64,000 nt of DNA from Oculina patagonica (Eukaryota), in the NCBI RefSeq assembly GCF_052425735.1, contig NC_135764.1:23932001-23996000 (forward strand). Reading direction: 5' to 3'. The position numbers and the translations under genes are program-made. Position 1 is the first letter of the stretch; each line of letters begins with the position of its first letter. The notes beneath the pieces were generated by a model. That model searched no databases and was not told where the DNA came from. It saw only the letters and a program-made list of their open reading frames with translations. Shown here in pieces: positions 52,015-64,000 of the stretch.

Positions 52015-52615
52015 CATCTACATCTACATTTATGAAGTTGATAAAATCTTGTAAGACATCACATCAACTATAAATAAAAGCCAAAATAAATACAAAATAT
52101 GTACATTTGCATAAATTAGTTAAAATAGATATGTCAGAATAGCAGGATAATTAAATAATAATTCTTCATTACAATTTACTTTACTTATTTCACATGCTTC
52201 CCTAAATTTAATTTAAAATCAGATAATGACTTGCAATTCACTAAGTCAGCGGGAAGTATGTTCCACTCGGTTATTGATATAGGAAAAAAAGAAAACTTAA
52301 GAACGTCCTTAGATAGAGACAGTCTGTTTTTCTTTCCTCGTCTTGCAAATTGTTTATAATGTGTCCCATTTCAAGTCAGATAGCATGTGTGACACGCTTG
52401 CTGTTTTGTTGAAGTTTTAAAGGCAAAAACGGGCAGCTTTTCTTTGAACTCTCTCCAGGGTTGAAATATCTTTTTTGTGGTGTGGGCCCACGAGGCACTT
52501 ACGTACTCCAATTTGTGTCGGACGATGCTGGTATAGGCCGTTTCGCGTACTTTTCTGGGGCAGTTCCAGAGATTTCTCTTGATCAACCACAAGGATAATA
52601 AACCCCAAGGATAAA
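52015..52615 (-). mobile_element. 3' part of a degenerate CR1/L2-group LINE with (ATGTAG)n tail
   Basis: LIKRNLWNCPRKVRETAYTSIVRHKLEY...LERVQRKAARF; tail atgtagatgtagatg near 52015-52030. Confidence 0.8.
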
Positions 52616-54426
52616 TGGAGCTGCTTCGAAGACAACATCCACCGTATAATGGATTCTTGCATCCCCTCAAAGTGGACTAGCTTAATATATAATCTACCAT
52701 GGTTCAATCACTCTTTGAAATGTCTGGCCAGGCGTAAACAAAGGTTCTATAATAAAGCAAACTCTTCTGGAAATCATTATGATTGGGAGGAATTCCGTGT
52801 GGCTAGAAAACAAATGCACAAAGGGCATAAAGAAGCAAGGAATGCATATATTTCTGATTATTTAGGGGAAGCTATTGAAGAAAAACCTAAGGGATTCTGG
52901 TCCTATATTAAATAACTGAATAAAGAAAAGCTGGGGATTGCAGATTTCGAAATAAATGGCTCCATAATCAGCTAAACAAATCAAAGGCTGATTTGTTAAA
53001 CAATAAATTATCAAGTGTCTTTACTAAGGAAGACTTATCAAACATTCCTGATAATGAATATGTAAGGTTATTTTTAGGCAACGAGGGGATATGTGGTTTA
53101 TTCACCGAGGGCGCAGCCCGAGTTGAATAAATCACTTATACCCGAGGTGCCTAAAAATATCCGGCTTATTTTTTACATGGGCGAGGTATCAACAGTGGCT
53201 TAAAACAATAAGAAACATGCTTTTCTTCGTTGTTTTGATGTAGGTGCGCTAAAGAAAAACAAATGTTTTTCCCGACACACACTTAACAACAGGAAAAAGG
53301 TTCCGAAAAGACGCACTGGGGTTTCCACATTGTTAAATTTGATGATAAACAGGTTAGGGGATTATTAACTTTAATATTCCCCTAGGGGAATATTAGACTA
53401 TCAGCCCCGCTCCCCCCTGTTACAATCAAAGCCGCCCCCAGCTTTTCAGACAGTTGCTAATTAGCGGGGTTTATTCAATATAATCAACCTGGAAGAACAA
53501 AGGAAAACGAGGCTGGTGAAAAATAAGACAGAATACCCGCTATCGACAGTCTGTCTATCACCATAAATGGAGTTGCAAAGCAGTTATCGCTATTGGAGAC
53601 AAATAAAGCTTTTGGACCTGATGCTATTCCACCGTGGTTTCTAAAAGAATATGCAGCCGAGATTGCTCCTATCCTTACTAATATCTTCCAGGATTCTATC
53701 GAGAGTGGAACCGTACCCTGTAGATGGAAATCGGCAAATGTATGTGGTGTCTTTAAAAAAGGAAAAAAGTCCGATCCTTCCAACTACAAACCCATATCTC
53801 TGACTTGCATGTCTCCTCAAACATATTGTACACAGCCATGTGATGAAACATTTTGATCATTATAACATACTATCAGATTTTCAGCATGGCTTCAGATCAA
53901 AACGATCTACAGAACTTCAATTAATACTTACTTTTCATGACATTGCAAGTTCTCTACAACAAAACAAATCTATTCAGTCATGCATGCTACTGTGAATACT
54001 TTCGATAAAGTCCCACACCAACGCTCACTAATGAAGCTGGAGCGTTACGGCATCCATGATAACCTTTTGTCCTGGATGGAATCCTTTCTCACTAAGATGG
54101 TCCAAACTGTCATCTGTGAGGGTGCAACACCTACCTTCTCCCCAGTGACCTCAGAAGTACCACAAGGGTCAGTATTAGGCCCGCTATTGTTCCTAACATA
54201 CATCAACGACCTGCCAAACAGTCTAACCTCTACAGTTAAGCTGTTTGTACGGTGTGGTGGTTGTGGCGACAATCTCCAAGACGACCTCAATAAACTAGGA
54301 ACCTGGCAACATAAGTGGCAGATGCAATTTAACCCTTCTAAATGCAACATCATCTGTATTTCAACTAAGCAAAGTCCTACTCAACGGACGTTCTTTTTGT
54401 GGGTCCAAACTTGAGCAAATAGATTC
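52612..54426 (+). mobile_element. Inverted 5'/middle part of the same LINE (reverse transcriptase pseudogene)
   Basis: PWFN..KPKGFWSYIK, KAFGPDAIP..WKSANVCGVFKKGKKSDPSNYKPISLT, FDKVPH, VPQGSVLGPLLFLTYINDL, WQMQFNPSKC; stops and frameshifts, catalytic ADD deleted; interrupted by a palindromic element at ~53063-53528. Confidence 0.9.
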
Positions 54427-55267
54427 TGCAGAAATTTACATATACACGGATAGAGAAAATTGTTCACGGTTTTCTGGTTCGCAATGTAAATACACAGGGT
54501 CGCTATCAAAATGACAATGTAAAAAAAAATAAAAAACATATAATTACAATTAATTGATCTATTCAATTTAATGGTGGATGACTTTGCCAGTTCAGTAATA
54601 GATACCTAATATCATAATTCGCAAGTTATACTTTCAAACTACAGTGTTACCATTCTTTGCAATTTATGTAACGGTTGGCCAAATAAATACGGCAATGGGG
54701 ATGAAGTGCTCCTCTCATCACAATCTTGCCATAGACTCGATTTTTGGAAGCTCACAGGCAACTTCCTCAAGTTCTACCCACCGGAGTTAGGTTAGTGGAG
54801 GTTCGCTCCCTCCAGTCAGAGAGGAGGTCCAACTCCCTCTTCTCTACCCAGGAATGCTCACAGTGGACCTGAAAGAAGGCCATTTACCTATTATTCATCC
54901 ACTGGGTACATCCCCTTGGGGTGTAGGTTTTGTTTTATTGACACTTCAGTGGTTCATAAGGCTAAAATATTAACTTAACACTTTGCCACCCACTTCCCTA
55001 TTTTCAGTCACACAAAGTTGTTGTCCGTATTTTAAGAAAAAAAAAAACAAGGGGAAGTCTTTAACGCTTAAAGTAACAAATATGAGTATCTGACTTCAAC
55101 AAATAAAATATCATTGAGGCTGTTTACTGAGAGTGCACAGCTGTTTTGGTAACAATTAACTTATAATGACTAAATAAATAAATTAATAAATAAATACCCA
55201 AAATAAAGTATTAAAAGGGTACGTTTGTTTAACAAAACCTTAAAATTTGTCTAACTATTCTTGAAAG

Positions 55268-58200
55268 TCATTTTCGTTTGAGTTTTTTATACGAACAACG
55301 CCTATCCAGCTTATTTGTCCTTATAAGGGATAAATTTTCATCACAGTTTCTAGGTAGGCACAATTGCATTGTCCCGTTAATATTTCTATGTTTATATTGA
55401 TAAAGTTTTCCAACTCTCTCTTCGACAAACAGGAAACTGTTTTCAGTTGTACTGTCGCATTGGTGCACCTGTAAAAGCAAAGGAAGCAAACAACAATATT
55501 AATTCCATGAAAATCGGAAACAGAAGCTTTCATTATTAGGGAACATTATAACTTGACTAGTCGGTTACCTATACACCGATTTCACAAATGGCGGACGCGC
55601 GGAAAAAACTGGTACGAGGCATGAAAACGAGGCGTTTTAGGATAAACAACTTTCGTGTTACAAGGGGAGAAGTGAAAATTACAGGAGTTTTGAAGCTAGC
55701 CTCCGTTGAATGAGGGTATTAGCTCGTTTTCTAGGTTGATTTAATTTCGAGATTACCGAGTTCGAAATAAGTTCGCGGCCAAATATCTTGTTTTGTTTCT
55801 GGTTGTAAGCAAAACCCTGAGTTTCACATGGCTTGAAATACGGTGGGTCGCCAACGATTTTAAACCTAGGACTTATATCAAGAAAGCTCCGGTATCCAGA
55901 CGAGTGTACACATTTTCTTAAGGATTTTGGTAAGTCATTGAAGAATTACTAAAATAAACACGCAATTGTCTGTGTAAACATACATGTGCGTTGTGAAAAA
56001 ATGTGTAACAATGGATTTTCGGGCCGGTTTCTTTATATTTTGTCTGGTAAAATAATCATACGTGATACCATAAGTACCTGAAAGCATCAATAAAAATGTG
56101 TTATTCTCAATCGACTTAGTAGTTTTTTTTTTGGACTTAGTAGGCTAGTAGATTCTTGCATTTTAGAAAAAAAAAATTGTATTCAAATAATTCAGACAGA
56201 CTAAAGCGGCTAATTCGATTAAACATAAAACATCACTTGGCTCCACGCAAACCAAAGGAGTTACATCAAGTGAAGCGGACAGTAAATGTTCAACACAATC
56301 TTCAGTGGACAAGATCATCACAATGTTCCTCAAGTCAAAACAATGCTATTAATTCTGTAAATTTAGTGAAATCTGTGGAATTCCTTCTGCTGTGTCGGAC
56401 GACTGAAGTTGTTTGATCTCGGGAAGAAATTAATCACGTGCTAGGCAACCACGACGAAATCCAACTGATAGAACAAATATTCACGGTTTCGCTTCATTTT
56501 ACAAGCTTTTACAGGACACCGTGAGTGAAGATGCCCTCCGTTTTAATTTATATAAAGCTGAGATTATTAGAAGCGATTTTTATTCATTTATCAAGTATTC
56601 TCAAATATAAGGATTTATTACAAGAAGAAACATACATATCATACCACTGGAATTCAATACCGGTAGTCTTGGGCTTCGTCTGTTAAATTTATATTACAGT
56701 ATTTGTCAACATTTTAACGATTTGCCATAGCACAGCAAAGGTGTTTTGCGAAGTATAAAAATAATTAAATAGCGAGAGAATAGTAGTAATTTGTTTAAAG
56801 GAAATGTGACCGGTCAAGGTGGCTCAAAGTTGAATGTTGACTTGTCAAGTTCCCATTCAAAGCCAGAGTTCGTGCTCTACTAAATCCGCAAGGAGACAGA
56901 GTTAGAATTGTTTGCTTTCACAAAAGTAAAAAGAACATACCTTGACAGCGTCTGGAAAAGAACGTACCTTGACAGAGTTTGAAAATTAATTTCAATATCG
57001 TTCCGTGTAAATTTTTACCGGCCAACAGCCGTCGAAGCTCCTTATTGGAAAACCAAAACTTTAACTCTGTTTCCCTGCAGATCTACGGTCCCTTTCTTCT
57101 TGCAACACAGAAACAAGAATAACTACCAGACTGTAAACTCGTTTAGAATTCCGTAATCTCGAAAACCTGGAAGGAAAACGGTCTATTTCCCCGTTTAACA
57201 AACAAAAACTTCAGAACTCGCGTATTTTTCACTTTTCCCCTTGTAACACGAAAGCTGTTTATCCTAAAAAGCCTCGTTTTCATGCCTCGTACCAGTTTTT
57301 TTCCGCGCGTCCGCCATTTGTGAAATCGGTGTATTAATATGACAAAAAAAAAATGAATTATTTTGTAAGAGTTTTTAAGTGTCTTGCAATTTTGAAATTA
57401 AGTAGATTTGCACATAAATGACCTTCGGCCGACTTCACATGATTTTGGTCGGCTTGTGATTGTTGTTTATTTAACTCACCTCAAAGGTGACATTCGTCCC
57501 ATTGATGACTTTCAGTGCATACTTGGTAGCGTCTTGATCGTCAGTGAATTGAATGCACTTTCTTCCTCGTATTTTAACAAACGAAAATTCTGTAAACAAA
57601 ATATATTCAGGACTTGTCACGGTTGAAGTTTTTTTGTCGACTGGGCAAGCACATCAGCAATTATGGATATTTATAATATAGGCATAGTACTCATTGATTC
57701 ATTTCAAACTCATTCATCACTCAATTATTTATTTAATCCACGTTTATTCGTACTCAACATTTCGAACAATGAATTTCATCGCAAAATAAAATAGCAAACA
57801 ACTTTCCCTGTGTCGAAAACGCCAAAACCGTTGTTCTAAGAGAAAATTAGTTAGTGAAATAGCAAAAGAGGCAATTTTACCAGCGGTCGGAAAAGTATTC
57901 CTCCCGTATGACATTTTTTAACATTTCCGTTGAATGTTATACACTTACTGATCCATTGAAGCCCAATATGGCAAAATACTTAAGTGGACACTTCAATATT
58001 GGAAGAGGCCTAAATTCAAGGGCAATATTAAAAGTGGAGACTTCAAAAAGCATATTCTTTGCCATATTGAACGAGGACATATATATTATGGATGTTTTAC
58101 TGTATCGAAGAAATAATCTATAAATAAGCGTTGAATCCATCAAAGCAATAGGGGAATGAATATAAGAACCTTTCACATGTCGTAAGGTGTCAATGTGTTT

Positions 58201-59241
58201 ATACCGCGAGTATGTTATGATAATAACTCTTTTCCTTTGTAATAATATGCTTTGCTCCGCCCGGTAAATACCGTTAAAGCTCACAGAGGTGGGATATTTG
58301 TAATTTTTTTTATACAGCAACGCACTGGACGAGTATATACAGTACTCATCCTAAGTAGCCAGAACCCTTCTCAAAAAAATAAATTTGCGTCAGCAATGCG
58401 CGTAAGAGATCGTAGTTCAATTCGCATGGAGAAGTTTACGTAGCTTGCCGTCTAATATAATTATGTTGTCTTAAAATGTTGCAAAATCATGATTAGGCAG
58501 ACACGTGACGCTTATGCAGGCATTTGATTAAATGATTATTTGTGAGGGTATTAGTACATATAACGAAACTTCAGGTTTCTTTTCTCTTGTAACTTTTAAA
58601 GTTTTGTCATAATATGGAAGACATGCGCGTAATCTAAGACAATTATTAGGAAGTCTATACCGATCTCTAACAAGAGTTGGAACATCGTTGCAAATGATTT
58701 TTATCTGCTTCTACCCTTGTATATCTATTTCTTTAATTCTTTCTACACCTCTGCGATAATCTGCTACTCTGTTCTTTTAATGACAATAATCATTTCTGAT
58801 CACTGTAAACTCCTTGATTGCAAATCTACAACAACCAAGTACTTTAAAAAGCACACTCGTAAAAACAACTTATTTCATTTTACTTACTCGTTTTAGGGTC
58901 TCTGGTAGATGAGCCATTGGATTTAGCTTTACACTGCCGCCTCCCAGCTGGAGATATTTCACATTGGTTGGTGTCAATCCTTATAAGACTACCTCCAATG
59001 CAGGGTTTGTTGTGTCTGAATTGTGAGCGGAGGCTCCAGAGCTTAGGTGTCGACTTACGCCAGCTTGATCCTACTTCCACACAAGCCAGCAAATACGCTA
59101 TGACAATCTGATGGTAAACGTATAGAAAAAATAAACTGTTTTAAAATATAATTTGAAGAACATTTGTGTAATTAAAACTATAAAGTCCGTTTTTAAAACT
59201 GCAGTAGTTCAACGAACTTTTAAAAGACTTGATAAATCCAT
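55268..59241 (-). CDS. Secreted beta-trefoil (FGF/IL-1-like) protein, copy A3, intact, 184 aa; exons 59241-59218, 59107-58888, 57589-57480, 55468-55268
   Basis: GT-AG, same exon sizes as A2 (24/220/110/201): MDLSSLLKIVIAYLLACVEVGSSWRKSTPKLWSLRSQF...DPKTKFSFVKIRGRKCIQFTDDQDATKYALKVINGTNVTFEVHQCDSTTENSFLFVEERVG...DRRCSYKKLKRK. Confidence 0.85.
55573..57332. mobile_element. 1.76-kb non-autonomous DNA transposon with ~120-bp TIRs and AT target duplication, in intron 3 of A3
   Basis: AT|acaccgatttcacaaatggcggacgcgcgg...ccgcgcgtccgccatttgtgaaatcggtgt|AT; empty site ttaATag in A2 at ~17761-17767. Confidence 0.9.
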
Positions 59242-62200
59242 TCTGTCCACTACCGTCAGAATAAGCAAAAAAACTTATTATCTGGTTATGTATAATATTA
59301 TATATTTTATTGTAGCATTATGTCGTTAGTTAATTCGCACTGACGCATTTAGGTCACATCTGCATGGTACGCTGAACTTCCATACCGAAACCAACTGACA
59401 ACGAATGTGCTGGCAATAATTAACCTCTCAAGCCGGCAGAAAATTGTCGAGTGTTCAGTGAATTTTCCAACAACTAAAGATGTCATATTTTTTTGATTAG
59501 TCTAGTATTCACATTCAGTACAGGTAAAAATACATATAAACAAATTGAAATGAAAAAAGATATAAAAATGCTGTGAGCTTACCATGATTAAATCAACTTC
59601 AGAATATTATAGAACAGATAGAACAAGCAAGCAAATGATTACGTAGAAAAACTTAGATAAAATCATGTTCTTATTATTCTCTCGGAATTAAAAACAAAGA
59701 AGCAAACGAATTGTGACAATACCCTGAACACTAACAACAATATCAGTTTATTATATTGTAATTAATTCATACTTAAACTAAATTTTTCTTGCACGAATTA
59801 TTACATTTTCAGTTTACATGAAGTTCTTCATATTTAAAAACGGATGTTTCACGAAACTTTAATAAGGCTTTATGATTAATCTGTCACTCTTTCGATGGCC
59901 ATGGAATTTGCACTCAGAATTACAAACGGCGTTTTATGTGTTTCATAGATTTGTGTTGAAACAATGCAAAAAACAAACATGCAAAATTACCATTCAACAA
60001 AGTGCCTTTGTTCCACGTATGGATGGTCAAGTATTAACGTAAATGAAAAGAAATTGTTTCAGTATCCCGTTTTTAATACTTGTTGAATGTATTGCAAAGA
60101 AAATGTGAACATGATAAAGTCAGTCAGCCTGTCGGTATAACGAAAAAAAAGAGTTTGACATAATGCTTTTATCCAGGTTTTAAATATAACTTTAGCAAAT
60201 GCAGACGCTCGTTTGTCGATAATTAACTGTTTCGGTTAACTGTTTCGGTTCGACGGGCATTTAATTTAGGAACTAAACACTTTGATCAAAGACTATAAAA
60301 ATTTATTTTAGGAACAATAGCAAGCCCTGGAGCAATGTTTTCACGCACCAGCTCCTAGTGCAGTTAAACTGATCAGTTTGAGAAGGTCTTTCGTGTTTAA
60401 CAACAATTTATGGCATTATTTGATAGTGTTCTTTTCTTTAACATGAGACCCTGGTATCAATTTGGTTGTTAAATTTACTGTTTATGCCTGCACTAGTTAT
60501 AAAGGCAAGTATTTAGTTTTTGATTATATGTGGGTGGCTTACGTCTGTTTCCCACGCAAGAAAAAAAATGAATTAAAAAAAAACTAGAAGGCCAATATCC
60601 CACTAGCCTAAATCAAAGAAACCTTACGGCTTTCAAGGCTAAGTAAACAAGTATGCTTACTCAATGCCCCACGAAGAATCTTCTGGACTTTAATGTCGCA
60701 CGTACACTCTAAGGAAAAAGGACAAACAAGAGTGTTTTAGTTTCAGATGAGCTCCGCTGAGAAGATTATAAGATTGATTGTTTTATTGTAACCCACCGTC
60801 GCCTTACAAATAAAAGTGCAAGAACAACTTGCGGAACAGATGCTCGGTTCTCGCTTTTGTTGTCATTGGCTACACAAACCTTGAGGCTTTCACGATCGGT
60901 ATTAATGTTTTTTATTGTCCTTTTCCTTTGGGCAAATTTCAAGAAAGGTCTTTCAGATGATTTAGTGTTTTAATACAACAGCAAGAGGGATTCGTACATG
61001 ACTGACTGATATGCACAAGTAACCAATCAAATCATAGGATTTTATTCACTTAGTCGCCAAGGTAAGACTTAAATTAAGTTTCATTCTTCGATACAATTCG
61101 CTAAAATTAAAAAGAATAAAACTTAGGGAAAACAAACAAACACAGATACAGACAAGTAAACAAACAAACACACATAATAAAACAACAATCAAACGAATGT
61201 GAACAAACAGACAAGCAAACGTAAACAAGGACACAATCTTACCAATGTATGTATATATTTATGTATTTAATGTATATAGAAACGCATGCCCCCTAGAGGG
61301 GGTAACCTCTGATTTAGTCCCATGACTCCTCAGCATATGCCCGGATGATGTCACGCAACCCGTAACGCAGCAAAATATTTTACATGAGAATGGAAGGGAA
61401 AAAAACATAAAAATCCTATTCGCTAGCAAATATGCCATTTACATTTTGGTTTGAGCTCTAATTTATTGATTTTAATTGTATCATTTTATAATATACATCT
61501 AGTGTTAGGACCTCTATGTAAACCACTTTAAGTGATGTAGCTTCCTAATAAAAGATTGTTATTATTATTTTACCACAATACACGATAATTATCTTTGTTA
61601 ATTTACTTAATACTGACATTAAAACTTTTAAACTTTGAATTTGACAGTTGCTGCAGCGTGAAATTGAAACAGAGTCAAACTTTAATGCAAAAGTCGGTTG
61701 TTTTAATACTTTTTTAAAGTTGTAATTCAAGAAAACAATCAACCATTGAAACAATTGGATTATCCGTTCTCGAAATCGCTGATTAGTCGTTTTGGTTAAT
61801 CTTGTCTTATGTAGTTCTTTTGTCGGAAATAAACTGCCTAAATAATTTTGTTTCCATTTAACGAATTAACGTCAGCTCCTTTTACGTACGGATGATGAAT
61901 AGCTCTTACAAATGCTTTCACAATGAGTGTGTATCCTGATGCTATTTTGACACAATGTTATCCCTCATAATCAATTCGCCATCGATTTAAGGACCGACGT
62001 TTTCATACCGACGTCAACTCCTTTCTACAGTTACAAGGTCAAATACATATGCATGTAACTGATCTAATCCATAAATTAGCTCGAGAAGAATTACCACAGG
62101 TACTTTACAAAGAGTTTTGGTAAATTATTTTGAACCAATCACAGCTGTGGCATACCAATGTTGTTTCAGGGCAGAATGACAACTGGCATTGGATTCTTTC

Positions 62201-62352
62201 CAATTTTCGAATATGAGACGGGATTTGACTGTTAAATTTCCTGTTCATGCTTGCACGAGGTATCATTGCAACTGTTTACAATCATACTTTTGAGTGCCTT
62301 ACGTCAGTCCACCACGCAAAAGGGATGCGAAAGTGATATTGCATCAACTTAA

Positions 62353-62841
62353 GGTGGCCCGCGGGTATTTATGAGGCTGACAGTTCCCTTTTTTGAGCGC
62401 GTTTTAAAACGGGAAAACGTGAAGCGATTGCTTAGATTTTGGAGAATCTGAAAGAATAATACTTAATACTAATAATAATACTTGATGCAATATCACTTTC
62501 GCATCCCTTTTGCGTGGTGGACTGACGTAAGGCACTCAAAAGTATTTTCCTGTAAGTTGTTGTGAGTAAACTTCAACTGTTTGGCAGCGTTTTGGGGTAA
62601 TTACAAAAAAATTCACCGTTGCATTTTAAAAATAATCGCATTTTATTAAAAACGAAGGCTTCCGAAAATCGCTCATAACTTAAACAAATCGCGTTTGATC
62701 GCTATAAAATTTATCATTTTATATAATTTAAGTATTATTCTTTCAGATTCTCCAAAATCTAAGCAATCGCTTCACGTTTACCCGTTTTAAAACGCACTTA
62801 AAAAAGGGAACTGTCAGCCTCATAAATACCCGCGGGCCACC
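62353..62841. mobile_element. MITE with ~115-bp TIRs and TTAA target duplication (Kolobok-like termini)
   Basis: TTAA|ggtggcccgcgggtatttatgagg...cctcataaatacccgcgggccacc|TTAA; empty paralogous site near 13365. Confidence 0.88.
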
Positions 62842-63635
62842 TTAAACCAAACATATTTTGTTGAATGCTGACCTAATGCTCTCTAAGGCGGCATTAGGTC
62901 ATCATACCCAAATTGCAGTTAACAACCATAAAAATGTGAGGTTTAATTATTGTTGCACTCTGGAAATGCGTTCACGAAATCAGAAATATAAGTTATATTT
63001 CCTATAAAGTGGAAGTGAGTTAATTTTACTTTCAAATAAAAAGAGTCAACTCGGGATCATCTGAATCCGCTCGTAATGACTTTAATTGTAAACTTTTTTG
63101 TAGATGTTATTGAAATCTAAAACGACGTAAGGACCTCTTATATTTTTGAATTTGTTGTTTAAATTAAAAATGGCCAACAGTTACGTAGGGAGAAAATATA
63201 ACATAAATATGTGCCGGGCTACAAGATTGATATTAAGCCTAACAACAAACTGTGACATCAACTTTAAAAGGTCCTTCAAATACGAAATGAACCAATATTT
63301 CACGTTTAATGCAATCTTGTCAAGCGGAGGAAAATATTTGACTACTGCCTGAGTATTTAGATTGATATATGTGGGTGCCTTACGTATCTTTACACGCAAA
63401 ATGAGTACAAGGACAATACCCAACCAACTTTAACCAAGCAGACTTAATTTGAATACTGACGTTTATCGAATTATCTTTTACGCCAACGACGGGAAAGAGA
63501 GTAAAACGATCTTTTCCGTGCGTAAAAATTAACTCCAGTGATGAGGAATAAAAAGGAATAAAACTTAATAAGGTAAGTTAACAGTACTTACGCATTACAA
63601 GAATATAAAAAGTATTAAAGGTTGTTGTTCCTTAC

Positions 63636-63659
63636 TAGAAAAATACGGGCTAAATCCAT
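63636..63659 (-). pseudogene. Copy B4: promoter and exon 1 only (MDLARIFL|gtaag)
   Basis: Exon 1 and TATA conserved; ~100-150 nt into intron 1 the sequence joins what is B-type 3' flank (63480-63500 matches 11960-11990), so exons 2-4 are deleted. Confidence 0.8.
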
Positions 63660-64000
63660 GTCGTTCACTCTGTTTTTTTACTGAACGTTTTTGACCAGGG
63701 TAGGTACTATGAATGGTTCAGGTCTGTTCACCTTTGTATTTATACCATTATGTCTTTACTTAATATTTGCACTGAATATTTGGGAAATACGGAATTTGTC
63801 TTTCGGACGTTTTAAAACCACAACTATAAGTCCCACACACAAAGAAAGTTGACATCGAAACAACTGGCAAAACTGTTCAACTGTCACAAAGATTGTTTAG
63901 CGTTAAGTGTTTCTTAAAGTTAAAAAACTCGATGAATGATGTATCCAGAATGAATAAGTATAAAAAAGTGAATAATTATACTGAATTACAAATGAGAAAA

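Overview
AT-rich, intron-containing animal DNA, almost certainly an anthozoan cnidarian such as a stony coral (it carries a nematocyst-type minicollagen gene). The centre (~26-45 kb) holds two spliced genes. One is an unusually long 11-exon minicollagen-like gene on the minus strand (~757 aa, three Cys-rich domains). The other is a 6-exon IL-1-receptor-like gene on the plus strand (signal peptide, 3 Ig domains, TM, TIR; ~560 aa). Both sides of the centre carry, in mirror orientation, seven copies of a small 4-exon gene in two alternating subtypes: A1-B1-A2-B2 on +, B3-A3-B4 on -. The ORF track shows only fragments of these genes. Spliced by hand, three copies are intact (183-184 aa, predicted secreted, basic, 8 Cys), two are disrupted and two retain only exon 1. 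Their residue pattern and intron positions/phases match the beta-trefoil cytokine fold, FGF-like in the N-half and IL-1-like in the C-half. Main hypothesis: a genomically linked ligand-receptor cluster of secreted FGF/IL-1-like beta-trefoils and an Ig3-TIR receptor in a cnidarian. The rest is transposon debris: a 5'-inverted LINE, RTE and Penelope fragments, several TIR elements/MITEs, Crypton-like remnants and microsatellites. All gene models are manual splices without transcript evidence, and fold assignments are by eye.
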